From an uncultured bacterium (GTDB taxonomy: Bacteria > Actinomycetota > Actinomycetes > Nanopelagicales > Nanopelagicaceae): a DNA stretch of 64,000 nucleotides. The translations under genes and the position numbers were made by a program. Positions within the stretch are counted from its first letter, which is position 1. Every line of letters begins with the position of its first letter. The notes beneath the pieces were generated by a model. The model saw only the letters and a program-made list of their open reading frames with translations, was not told where the DNA came from and did no database searches. Shown here piece after piece: positions 28,681 through 36,919 of the stretch. The stretch covers positions 8,080 through 72,079 of the forward strand of contig CAXBQM010000001.1 in assembly GCA_963978235.1 (NCBI GenBank), given 5' to 3'.

Positions 28681-29886
28681 TCAGTTTTGTGATGCAGCGA
28701 GGGTGACTTTTATCGTGGCCGATTTCCCAGCTCGGTCAATTGATAACTTCACCGTATCTCCCACGCTCTTTGCTCGAATCGCCACTATTAATTCATCGGA
28801 TGAATTAATGGCGTTGCCATCAAGTGCGGTGATGATGTCCCCTGGTCGTAACCCGGCTTTGTCCGCGGGTGAACCAGCAACAATTCCTTGCGATTGATTC
28901 ACAATCAGCGCACCTGCGCCAGTGAAACTGGTGTCTAATCTGATTCCAAGAACAGGATACGTTGCTTTACCTTCTGAAATTAATTGCTCAGCAGTTCGCT
29001 TTGCTTGGTTGATGGGAATCGCAAAACCAAGTCCAATCGAACCAGATTGTCCACCGAATGATGAGCCAAGAGATGCAATCGCAGAATTAACTCCTATTAC
29101 GGCACCCGTTGCATCAACAAGTGGTCCACCAGAATTTCCTGGATTGATCGCGGCATCAGTCTGTAACGCATTGATAAAGGAACTTTCGCCGGTTCCACCA
29201 CTTGATGTTACAGCTCGATTTTTTGCACTAATAATCCCTGAAGTAACTGTTCCAGAAAGACCCAGTGGAGAGCCAATTGCAATCACTTGATCTCCCACTT
29301 GAATAAGATCGCTATTTCCAAATTGCAGCGCAGGTAAACCGGTCACATTTATTTTAATTACCGCAAGATCGTAAGAGGAATCGGCACCTAATATTTTCCC
29401 GGAAAATTTCTTTCCATCATTGAGAGTGACTGTTAGATTTCCTTGACCACCAATTACGTCATTGATCACATGATTATTAGTCAATATGTAGCCATCACTT
29501 CTAATCACAAATCCGGAACCGGTTCCGCTACCGTTTTGGGATGAGGTCGAAATAGATACAACGGAAGGCAGCACTCGTGCTGCGATTCCTGCAACAGAGG
29601 TCGGTTCTCGTTCGATAGTTTGTGTTGAAGAGACCAGTTGTACCGATGTTGAATTGGGATCAGATCGACCTGCTAATTGAGATCCGCCGAAGCCACCCAC
29701 TAACCCTGCAATTAATGCGAGTGCTACAAACTTATTACCGGAATTCTTATTACCGGTGTTCTGTTTCCAACTTCTCTGAGCTTTGCCCGACATACCTGAG
29801 TGATCTGCTACATCATGATCTGGATGTGACCACCATGCTGGCGACTGTTGTGAATTCATGACCGGATAGTGCTCCTTCAATCCCAA
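28681..29886 (-). CDS. htrA: HtrA/DegP-family serine protease with C-terminal PDZ domain
   Basis: Catalytic triad regions TNNHV, D in YDLAVIK, and GNSGGPL, plus a PDZ domain. The start is uncertain: TTG 29886 or ATG 29859. Confidence 0.85.
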   Translation of the reverse strand: MGLKEHYPVMNSQQSPAWWSHPDHDVADHSGMSGKAQRSWKQNTGNKNSGNKFVALALIAGLVGGFGGSQLAGRSDPNSTSVQLVSSTQTIEREPTSVAGIAARVLPSVVSISTSSQNGSGTGSGFVIRSDGYILTNNHVINDVIGGQGNLTVTLNDGKKFSGKILGADSSYDLAVIKINVTGLPALQFGNSDLIQVGDQVIAIGSPLGLSGTVTSGIISAKNRAVTSSGGTGESSFINALQTDAAINPGNSGGPLVDATGAVIGVNSAIASLGSSFGGQSGSIGLGFAIPINQAKRTAEQLISEGKATYPVLGIRLDTSFTGAGALIVNQSQGIVAGSPADKAGLRPGDIITALDGNAINSSDELIVAIRAKSVGDTVKLSIDRAGKSATIKVTLAASQN

Positions 29887-29915
29887 ATCTCAGTAAGAGA
29901 AACCTTAAAGGCTGC

Positions 29916-30551
29916 TCAAAATCCAGTTTTTGTTGCGACGAGCACGCCATCCCCGAGCGGTAAAAGCATAGGAACCCATGATTCGCTCTCTTTTATAGCC
30001 TTAATCGCTTCGCGTCGTGCAATGGATAATGGATCGCGTTGCGTGGGATCAGGAACTTTTCCACCACCGAGCACGCTATCAATCACCAGCATTCCGCCCG
30101 GTCGAAGTGAACGATGTGCATGGTGGACTGATTCCAAGAGATCATCGAACTCTCGAATAATAAATAGGTCATACAAACTATCGGCTAACTTGGAGATTAC
30201 TTCTCGAGAATTACCCACAATAAGTCGATAACGAGTAGTCGCAATTCCGGCTTCATCAAGAGCAGTACGAGTGATCTTTGCATGTTCTGCTTCGTTATCA
30301 ATTGAAGTTAAAACACCATTAGATGGGAGTCCTTTAAAAATCCACAGCGCACTCACGCCCGATCCTGTTCCCACTTCAACAACGGATGAAGCGCCAACTA
30401 AGTGCGTGAGATAACGAAGTAGTGAACCCACCAATGGCGACGTATTCTCACTACCGACTTCGACGCCGCGCGCTCGCGCACGACTAATGACAGTATCTTC
30501 CGCAATGAAATTTTCGGAGAAAGATTTCATATCTCCACGTGGAAAATTCAT
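29916..30551 (-). CDS. Class I SAM-dependent O-methyltransferase (family 3)
   Basis: SAM motif VVEVGTGSGVSALW. The start overlaps the pepA stop (ATGA). Confidence 0.75.
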   Translation of the reverse strand: MNFPRGDMKSFSENFIAEDTVISRARARGVEVGSENTSPLVGSLLRYLTHLVGASSVVEVGTGSGVSALWIFKGLPSNGVLTSIDNEAEHAKITRTALDEAGIATTRYRLIVGNSREVISKLADSLYDLFIIREFDDLLESVHHAHRSLRPGGMLVIDSVLGGGKVPDPTQRDPLSIARREAIKAIKESESWVPMLLPLGDGVLVATKTGF

Positions 30552-32056
30552 AACGTTTCAAGCCAATGAGTAAGTAATCGAACCGAGAAACCAGTACCGC
30601 CTTTAGGGTTTTCGCCCTCATCTCGCTCGGAACGTGCCGGACCTGCAATATCGAGATGAACCCATTTTCGCTTCCCTACAAATTTCTCCAAAAATAGCGC
30701 TGCCGTAATTGAACCACCAGAAAAATCCTCTTTATCTGCCGTGTGGTTGAAATCGGCAACAAAACTCTCTAACCCTGACTGATAATCATCCACTAACGGC
30801 ATATGCCAACTTCGATCACCTGAAGTATCACCAAGTGCAACAAATGTTTTTGCTAATTGAGAATCGCGACAATAGAGCGCTGCATGGTGGAGACCTAACC
30901 CCAATTTTGCTGCGCCAGTGAGAGTTGCAACATCAATAAGATAATCAGGCTTGAGTTTGAGATCTGCATATGCCAAGCCATCTGCAAGTACTAATCGCCC
31001 TTCCGCATCAGTATCAATCACTTCAACGGTAGTGCCACCATAGTGAGTGATGACATCAGATGGTCTCTGCGCAGTCTCTGATACTAAATTTTCGGCACAC
31101 ATCATCAGCGCGCTTACTTTGACTGGTAATTTTAATTGAGCAGCTGCTACTACTGTGGCGAGTACAGATGCAGCCCCTGCCATATCGGTCTTCATCGTCA
31201 TCATGACGTCATAGGGCCGCTTCAATGACAGTCCACCCGTATCGAAGGTGATGCCTTTTCCGACAAGCGCTACATGTTTCTTAGCGCCACGGGGTGAGTA
31301 ACTTACTTCGATAAAACGAGGTGGGTGCTGCTGTGATGAATTACCAACCGCAGTAAGTCCACCAAATTCTTTTAACTCTTTGCCAGCCCTGACTTTGACG
31401 GAAACATTTGGCACACGTGAATATTTTTTAGCTTGCGAAGCCAACCAAGCTGGCGTCGCGATATTTGCAGGTGTATGCACCAAATCTCTTGCTAGCCAAA
31501 CAGATTCAATATCTACTTGCGCACGCGCTAATTCTTTCGCCACGTTTCCCCACACATGAAGTTCGGGCACACTCGCTGCTTTCTTCGAATAAAGATTCCA
31601 TGAATAAAGTGAGAGTGAAAGTGAAACCACGTGAGCCAACACTGTCTCTCGGGTAGGCGCACAACCAGTGAGCAGAGAATCATCACTTCCTTTTACGCGT
31701 CGTCCAATTGCCACCCCTGCTTTACGCATATCGGAAATGGAACCACTACCAATTCCAACGAAGATGATCCGCTTTACTTTTTTCGTTTCTTTTAATTTCG
31801 CTTGTTCTAATGGAAAATCAAATATCTCACCAGCCTTGCCAGTTAACTGTGGCGATCGAGCGAGTAGATCCGGCAGTGAGATTTGAAGTTGGTGAGAAAG
31901 CGCTTGATCAAGTCCGTTATTGGGTGCAATGGAAACCCCACCGCCTTCATCGGCTCGCAGTGGTAACGCCACCACAGTAATGCCACGAAAAATATCGCCA
32001 GACTTTATTGTCGATTTGTTACGCTGGTGAAGCTTTGGTGGACGGACAGCAGACAT
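30548..32056 (-). CDS. pepA: Leucyl aminopeptidase (M17)
   Basis: VGKGITFDTGG, DMAGAA and DTDAEGRLVLAD. I chose the start at ATG 32056; the track ORF extends to 32149. Confidence 0.85.
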   Translation of the reverse strand: MSAVRPPKLHQRNKSTIKSGDIFRGITVVALPLRADEGGGVSIAPNNGLDQALSHQLQISLPDLLARSPQLTGKAGEIFDFPLEQAKLKETKKVKRIIFVGIGSGSISDMRKAGVAIGRRVKGSDDSLLTGCAPTRETVLAHVVSLSLSLYSWNLYSKKAASVPELHVWGNVAKELARAQVDIESVWLARDLVHTPANIATPAWLASQAKKYSRVPNVSVKVRAGKELKEFGGLTAVGNSSQQHPPRFIEVSYSPRGAKKHVALVGKGITFDTGGLSLKRPYDVMMTMKTDMAGAASVLATVVAAAQLKLPVKVSALMMCAENLVSETAQRPSDVITHYGGTTVEVIDTDAEGRLVLADGLAYADLKLKPDYLIDVATLTGAAKLGLGLHHAALYCRDSQLAKTFVALGDTSGDRSWHMPLVDDYQSGLESFVADFNHTADKEDFSGGSITAALFLEKFVGKRKWVHLDIAGPARSERDEGENPKGGTGFSVRLLTHWLETL

Positions 32057-32063
32057 AGTGCAG

Positions 32064-32069
32064 ACGCTA
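32064..32069 (-). promoter_or_regulatory. -10 box TAGCGT, 7 nt before the pepA ATG 32056
   Basis: Minus-sense TAGCGT-CTGCACT-ATG. Confidence 0.3.
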
Positions 32070-32088
32070 ACGAAAAATCGGAGGAATT

Positions 32089-33162
32089 GTGCGACGGCTC
32101 TCGGTACGGCAACCTGCGCTACTTTTATTACCCGCTGCCCTCCTCGCACTTGTCCTGGCGCAGGTCAGTACTCGCTTCGTGGATTTTTTGCAGCGACCAT
32201 TCTTCTCCCTCTCTCTTACTGAGTGGGTCGCTGATTTACTCCTCGCAATCTTCTTTTTTATTGCTGGCGCTGAGTTGAAATCAGAGTTCGATAAGGATCG
32301 AAGTGCAACTCACATTCTCACGCCATTATTAGGCGCACTTGGTGGCATGGCTTTTCCGGCACTTCTTTATCTGGTCTCTGCCCACACTTTGAGTGCAACG
32401 TCATCAGCGTGGGGTGTGCCGATGGCAACGGACTTGCCAATTGCACTTGCGCTTGTTGCGCTGTCACATCGCATCAGTTCTGGCACGCGAGCGTTTCTCT
32501 TAGCGCTAGCAATTTTTGACGATATCGGATCAATTCTTGTCATTGCACTTCGTTTCACTCACGAATTTTCATGGACGTGGGGCGGCCTCATTCTTCTCGG
32601 AGCCTTGACTTTCTTTCTGACTGCGCGACGTGGCTTTTCATCCACCATTATCTTTCTTATCGGATTAACTGTTTGGTATTGCTTCTACCAAAGCGGAATT
32701 CACCCAACTGTCGCGGGCGCTCTACTCGGTGTATTGATGCCTGCCGGTCGAATTTCACGGGCAATTTCATTTTGGACGCCAATTAGCAATTATTGCGTTC
32801 TCCCGCTATTTGTTTTCACCGCGCTTGCAATTCCGCTTTCAATCTCTTGGCAATCCATAAGCAATCCAATTGTGGTCTCGCTCATCTTTGCCAGAATGGT
32901 TGGCAAGCCACTCGGAATCATGATTGGGATATTGATTGCACAAAAAATATTCCGAATGAAAAAAGCGCTTGCGCTCTCGGAATATGTGCTTGTAGCTATT
33001 TTAGGAACTGTTGGTTTTTCAGTCTCACTATTATTTGCTGAATTAAGTTTGATGGGAATTGAAAAATCAGCTGCAGTTCTTGGAATTTTACTGACTTTGC
33101 CCTTTGCGATTGGGCTCTCGGTTTATGCCTTAAAGCGTTATTCGAATTCGACTACTTCTTGA
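32089..33162 (+). CDS. nhaA: Na+/H+ antiporter NhaA
   Basis: FFFIAGAELKSEF, PMATDLPIALA and LAIFDDIGSILVIAL (the DD pair). GGAGG lies 4 nt before the GTG. Confidence 0.8.
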   Translation: MRRLSVRQPALLLLPAALLALVLAQVSTRFVDFLQRPFFSLSLTEWVADLLLAIFFFIAGAELKSEFDKDRSATHILTPLLGALGGMAFPALLYLVSAHTLSATSSAWGVPMATDLPIALALVALSHRISSGTRAFLLALAIFDDIGSILVIALRFTHEFSWTWGGLILLGALTFFLTARRGFSSTIIFLIGLTVWYCFYQSGIHPTVAGALLGVLMPAGRISRAISFWTPISNYCVLPLFVFTALAIPLSISWQSISNPIVVSLIFARMVGKPLGIMIGILIAQKIFRMKKALALSEYVLVAILGTVGFSVSLLFAELSLMGIEKSAAVLGILLTLPFAIGLSVYALKRYSNSTTS

Positions 33163-33331
33163 TTAAGGCAACTGCTGCTTGCAGAACATCCGCGAGGTTA
33201 CGAGCCTCTTCTTGATTGAGTTCAACCACTAATCGACCGCCGCCTTCGAGTGGAATCCGCATCACCAAACTCCGAGCTTCCTTGGTTACTTCCATTGGAC
33301 CATCACCAGTTCGAGGCTTCATGGCTGCCAT
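33152..33331 (-). CDS. DUF3117 domain protein (59 aa; not in the supplied ORF track)
   Basis: Own translation: MAAMKPRTGDGPMEVTKEARSLVMRIPLEGGGRLVVELNQEEARNLADVLQAAVALIKK. AAGGAG lies 9 nt upstream. It is near-identical in pattern to the actinobacterial DUF3117 consensus as I recall it. Confidence 0.8.
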   Translation of the reverse strand: MAAMKPRTGDGPMEVTKEARSLVMRIPLEGGGRLVVELNQEEARNLADVLQAAVALIKK

Positions 33332-33409
33332 GTATTGGTACTCCTTATGGGATATGTCAGAGGTGGTTTTTGTTCTTATGCGGAGGAGAAGTATCCCGTG
33401 TCGCGGGGT

Positions 33410-33607
33410 TTAAGTGAAATCGAAGGGAAGGCTCGCACGGAGGCGCGCTTTCCCTGCCATCAAGACGGAATGAATTGCCCGTTCTGGAACTTTCAGGGTT
33501 GCTGCGATGTCTACCGTTGACATCGATTTGACGTAATACAACGAGAGCACAATCCGTTCCTCTTCGGGGAGGTTGGCGATTAAATCCGCCAGAGTCTCGT
33601 CGCTCAC
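33410..33607 (-). CDS. Sigma-factor-like HTH protein consisting only of sigma-70 region 4 (65 aa)
   Basis: LPEEERIVLSLYYVKSMSTVDIAATLKVPERAIHSVLMAGKARLRASL matches the ECF region 4.2 pattern. No region 2 is encoded upstream; the SRPBCC gene ends 11 nt before it. Confidence 0.65.
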   Translation of the reverse strand: MSDETLADLIANLPEEERIVLSLYYVKSMSTVDIAATLKVPERAIHSVLMAGKARLRASLPFDFT

Positions 33608-33618
33608 ACTTCCAGAGG

Positions 33619-34086
33619 TTACTCGTTACGAAATGAGCGAGTGAAGCGCCACAACGAAAATCTCACTCCAAGCATGATTGCCGGGGAGATACCGCGCATA
33701 AGTAGTTTTGGCGCAGCAATCTCTTCGTACCAATCGAATCGCGTGGAATGTTCATTGATTGCTACCAAGGTAAATCGACCTAACCCCGTGATAACTCGGC
33801 CTATATGTTCGACTTCGCACTTTTCAGGTGGTTGCCAGTGCGTTATCACCATGTGATCGAGAATTCCTAAATATTTCTTTATTCTAAAACTTCTGCGTGC
33901 GAATAATCCGGTGAGAGCAAATATTTCGGTACCAAGTGCTTCGCCATCGGATCTACTTTCAACGGATGTCATCGCCATCCAAGAACTTTGACTGGGCCAG
34001 TCAGTTAATTTTTCCCATACTCGGGCTTGTGAGGCTCCAATAACAACCGAATGAGAAAGTGGATGTCGTGGCCACTTATTCTTCAT
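33619..34086 (-). CDS. SRPBCC (START/Bet v 1-fold) family protein
   Basis: VIGASQARVWEKLTDWPSQSSWM plus the size and pattern of Polyketide_cyc2-like proteins. The start overlaps the LOG stop by 11 nt. Confidence 0.65.
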   Translation of the reverse strand: MKNKWPRHPLSHSVVIGASQARVWEKLTDWPSQSSWMAMTSVESRSDGEALGTEIFALTGLFARRSFRIKKYLGILDHMVITHWQPPEKCEVEHIGRVITGLGRFTLVAINEHSTRFDWYEEIAAPKLLMRGISPAIMLGVRFSLWRFTRSFRNE

Positions 34087-34621
34087 AGTGGTTCATCACA
34101 TGGTTCATCGCTGATTCAATATCGGAGCACCAAGCAACTAATTCATGTTGACCAGGTTTCATAAAGTTTTTCTCCGTGAGGTGCTCTAAGGCAACTCGAA
34201 GTGATGTGTACGTTTGATGAGGGTCAATCACTGCAATCGGTTTAGCGTGAAATCCTAAATATCGTCCAACCCAAATCTCAAAGAATTCTTCAAGAGTTCC
34301 GATTCCGCCCGGCAAAACAAAGAATGCATCGGCTAGTTCCTCTATCTTCTTCTTTCGCGAACGCATATCTGCAACAACTATTAATTCACTGCTTTCATGA
34401 TCGGCAAACTCTAAATTCGTAAGTTTCTCGGGAATCACGCCGATTGTTCGTCCGTTCTGTGAGCGAGCACCTTCCGAAATCTTTCCCATGACGGAGATTC
34501 GACCACCACCAGAGACAAGCTCATGACCGGCTTGTGCAATCGTTGCACCAACATTAAAGCCGAGTTCGAGATTTTCTGGCGCAATTGTTGGCGATGAGGA
34601 ACAGAAGACTGCAATTCGCAC
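34076..34621 (-). CDS. LOG-family (TIGR00730) nucleotide 5'-monophosphate nucleosidase / cytokinin riboside 5'-monophosphate phosphoribohydrolase
   Basis: [12 protein letters not shown] (PGGxGTxxE motif), [13 protein letters not shown] chose the start at GTG 34621 ([10 protein letters not shown]); the track ORF extends to 34687 and would overlap dapD. Confidence 0.8.
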   Translation of the reverse strand: MRIAVFCSSSPTIAPENLELGFNVGATIAQAGHELVSGGGRISVMGKISEGARSQNGRTIGVIPEKLTNLEFADHESSELIVVADMRSRKKKIEELADAFFVLPGGIGTLEEFFEIWVGRYLGFHAKPIAVIDPHQTYTSLRVALEHLTEKNFMKPGQHELVAWCSDIESAMNHVMNHYEE

Positions 34622-34627
34622 GGCGTC

Positions 34628-34633
34628 ACTGTA
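34628..34633 (-). promoter_or_regulatory. -10 box TACAGT, 6 nt before the LOG GTG
   Basis: Minus-sense TACAGT-GACGCC-GTG. Confidence 0.35.
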
Positions 34634-34644
34634 GTGCGAGTTGG

Positions 34645-34650
34645 TACGGT
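34645..34650 (+). promoter_or_regulatory. -10 box TACGGT, 6 nt before the dapD ATG
   Basis: TACGGT-TCTCAC-ATG. Confidence 0.35.
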
Positions 34651-34656
34651 TCTCAC

Positions 34657-35574
34657 ATGAGCACCGCTTTTGGTAACGGAATTGCAACCGTGGCTACAGA
34701 TGGCACTGTCCTCGATACCCGTTACACACAATTCGGCTTAGGAAAAAACACGGGCCAACTTCCAACCATTTCGAACGCCCAACACGAACTTGCCGCTATT
34801 AGATCTGTCTCTCTTAAGCCGATTTCTATTGAGATTGATCTGACAAAGGCACCCGCTGATGCAAGCGATGTATATCTTCGCCTTCATCTACTTTCAGCTC
34901 GACATATCAAACCGCATGGACTCTCCCTTGACGGTGTCTTTGGTTTACTTTCAAATGTTGTCTGGACGTCACTCGGTCCTTGTGCAGTCGCAGAATTCGC
35001 GAGAGTGCGTGAAGCAATAATCGCTAAATTCGGTTTCATCGCAATCTACGGTGTTGATAAATTCCCACGAATGGTTGATTACGTCATTCCAGATGGTGTG
35101 CGAATTGCTGATGCCGATCGTGTTCGACTTGGTGCACATCTCGCAGCTGGCACCACAGTGATGCATGAAGGTTTTGTGAATTTCAATGCTGGAACTCTTG
35201 GAACATCAATGGTGGAAGGACGAATATCTGCAGGTGTTGTTGTTGACGATGGCAGCGATATTGGTGGTGGTGCTTCCATCATGGGGACATTAAGCGGTGG
35301 CGGCAAAGAAGTAATTTCCATTGGTAAGAAATGTCTGCTCGGTGCCAATTCAGGTGTGGGTATAAGTCTTGGCGATGAGTGTGTTGTTGAAGCAGGCGTT
35401 TACATCACCGCAGGTTCAAAGATTTCACTTCCGGATAACACCACGATCAAAGCGCGCGAACTTTCTGGCGCACACGGTCTGCTCTTCCGGAGAAATTCCC
35501 AATCTGGTCGACTTGAAGCAACACCTCGCACCGGAACTTGGGGCGGGTTAAATTCGATTCTTCACTCTAACTAA
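34657..35574 (+). CDS. dapD: 2,3,4,5-tetrahydropyridine-2,6-dicarboxylate N-succinyltransferase (actinobacterial type)
   Basis: Hexapeptide-repeat C-terminal half and an [13 protein letters not shown]-terminus. The start is at ATG 34657, not the track's 34585. Confidence 0.8.
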   Translation: MSTAFGNGIATVATDGTVLDTRYTQFGLGKNTGQLPTISNAQHELAAIRSVSLKPISIEIDLTKAPADASDVYLRLHLLSARHIKPHGLSLDGVFGLLSNVVWTSLGPCAVAEFARVREAIIAKFGFIAIYGVDKFPRMVDYVIPDGVRIADADRVRLGAHLAAGTTVMHEGFVNFNAGTLGTSMVEGRISAGVVVDDGSDIGGGASIMGTLSGGGKEVISIGKKCLLGANSGVGISLGDECVVEAGVYITAGSKISLPDNTTIKARELSGAHGLLFRRNSQSGRLEATPRTGTWGGLNSILHSN

Positions 35575-35596
35575 TAATCAACACTCGAACTAAAAG

Positions 35597-36919
35597 TTAA
35601 CAGGGAGCAGTACGCCCGCGCGCGAGATACGAGGCTAACTGGCAATTATCGCTTTCATCATTTGTGGCAGTGATTACCGGTAAGCCAAACCACGTTGATG
35701 GAAGTTTTACTCTCGAGCGAAAGATTTCGCCCGTTAATTTCACATATTTTCCGGAAGCAGAATAACCTTGAATTGCAACCACACTTCCAGTCTTACTTCG
35801 CGCAAGAACTCGATAACTCACCACATCAGGCAGACCAAATGCACTTGCCATGAGTTTTTGCGGAATATCTCGGCTCCACATGTAATAGCGAGGGTTAAGT
35901 TGTGAACTGACACTCCACGTATCAGCGACGCTGATGAGATATGGCAGCGTTCCGCCCCAAACATCTCGCACATCTTGTGTCGCTCCCGCGCTCGAAGAGA
36001 AGAAATATGTGTTTGCAGGTTTACCGTTAAATGTAACCACTTGACCCGAATTTGAATCAATACTCGTTCTATTGACTGCGTTTTTCCATAATTGTCCATA
36101 GATTGGTTCAATCTCTTTTGAATACCCAACAAAATTCTGATCGGCAATAGTGTTGTAAAGATTGCAGTCACATTCTTTTCGCACCGTTGAGATTTTTGTT
36201 AGTGCAAAAGTTCGTGAGGCAATGGCTTGCGCTTCTAACGCTGCTGCTGGCCACGACGATGGAACTTCACCTATCCCCCATAAATATTCATCATGGAGTT
36301 TTAGCGCATTCACAACTTCTAATTTTGGCCCGGCAACTGTCGAAACAACTTTCAGAGAAAGCGAGCCATACTTATACAACGACGTGGCAGTGAGAGTCTC
36401 ATTGCCAACTCGAATAAGTGAATTAGCGTTCCACGTCACTGTGAACTGGGAATCGCCTTTGAGTGGAGCAAATTTTGCAGTTGGTGAATTTAATTGTGGA
36501 ATCAAGACACCGGCTACGAGCGCAAAATTCGTCGCAATATCACCGCTATAAGTACCCACTAATGAACCATCGCTTCTTAATATGGAGTATTCGCTACCGG
36601 GTGTTGCGGGATTGCCGAGCGAAATTGTTGTTTGGTTTAAGAGATGGCCGATATTGACTCTCACTACCTGGCTATCACTTACTTGTTGTACCTGAGTTCC
36701 TGGGTAGTAATAGTTAAGAATCTCCACCGCGCTCTTTCCTTCAAGCGCTTGGCCTCGTGCCCCGATCTGACTCATACCTACGCCATGGCCATAACCAGAA
36801 CCGGTGAAAGTAAAACTAGCCGGAATTTCTGCAGAGTGAGCGGCGCTTGAAAAATTTATCGCAGAGAACGTTATGAGAAATGCGATTGCGCCGCGAGCGC
36901 GATGCTTAAACATCCTCAT
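35597..36919 (-). CDS. SpoIID/LytB-domain protein (secreted)
   Basis: Signal peptide, GYGHGVGMSQIGA, and FFSSSAGATQDVRDVWG. Confidence 0.8.
   Translation of the reverse strand: MRMFKHRARGAIAFLITFSAINFSSAAHSAEIPASFTFTGSGYGHGVGMSQIGARGQALEGKSAVEILNYYYPGTQVQQVSDSQVVRVNIGHLLNQTTISLGNPATPGSEYSILRSDGSLVGTYSGDIATNFALVAGVLIPQLNSPTAKFAPLKGDSQFTVTWNANSLIRVGNETLTATSLYKYGSLSLKVVSTVAGPKLEVVNALKLHDEYLWGIGEVPSSWPAAALEAQAIASRTFALTKISTVRKECDCNLYNTIADQNFVGYSKEIEPIYGQLWKNAVNRTSIDSNSGQVVTFNGKPANTYFFSSSAGATQDVRDVWGGTLPYLISVADTWSVSSQLNPRYYMWSRDIPQKLMASAFGLPDVVSYRVLARSKTGSVVAIQGYSASGKYVKLTGEIFRSRVKLPSTWFGLPVITATNDESDNCQLASYLARGRTAPC

Noticed and set aside
32089-33162. Short NhaA (357 aa) as a possible truncated pseudogene.
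   Set aside because: The conserved ATD and DD motifs and the full set of later TM segments are present. Only the N-terminal helix region is short, and that could reflect start-codon choice. There is no frame disruption.
33332-33409. Possible intrinsic terminator (CCCG-n5-CGGG) between the sigma-4 gene and the DUF3117 gene.
   Set aside because: The stem is only 4 bp and no T-tract follows on the transcribed strand. This is not convincing.
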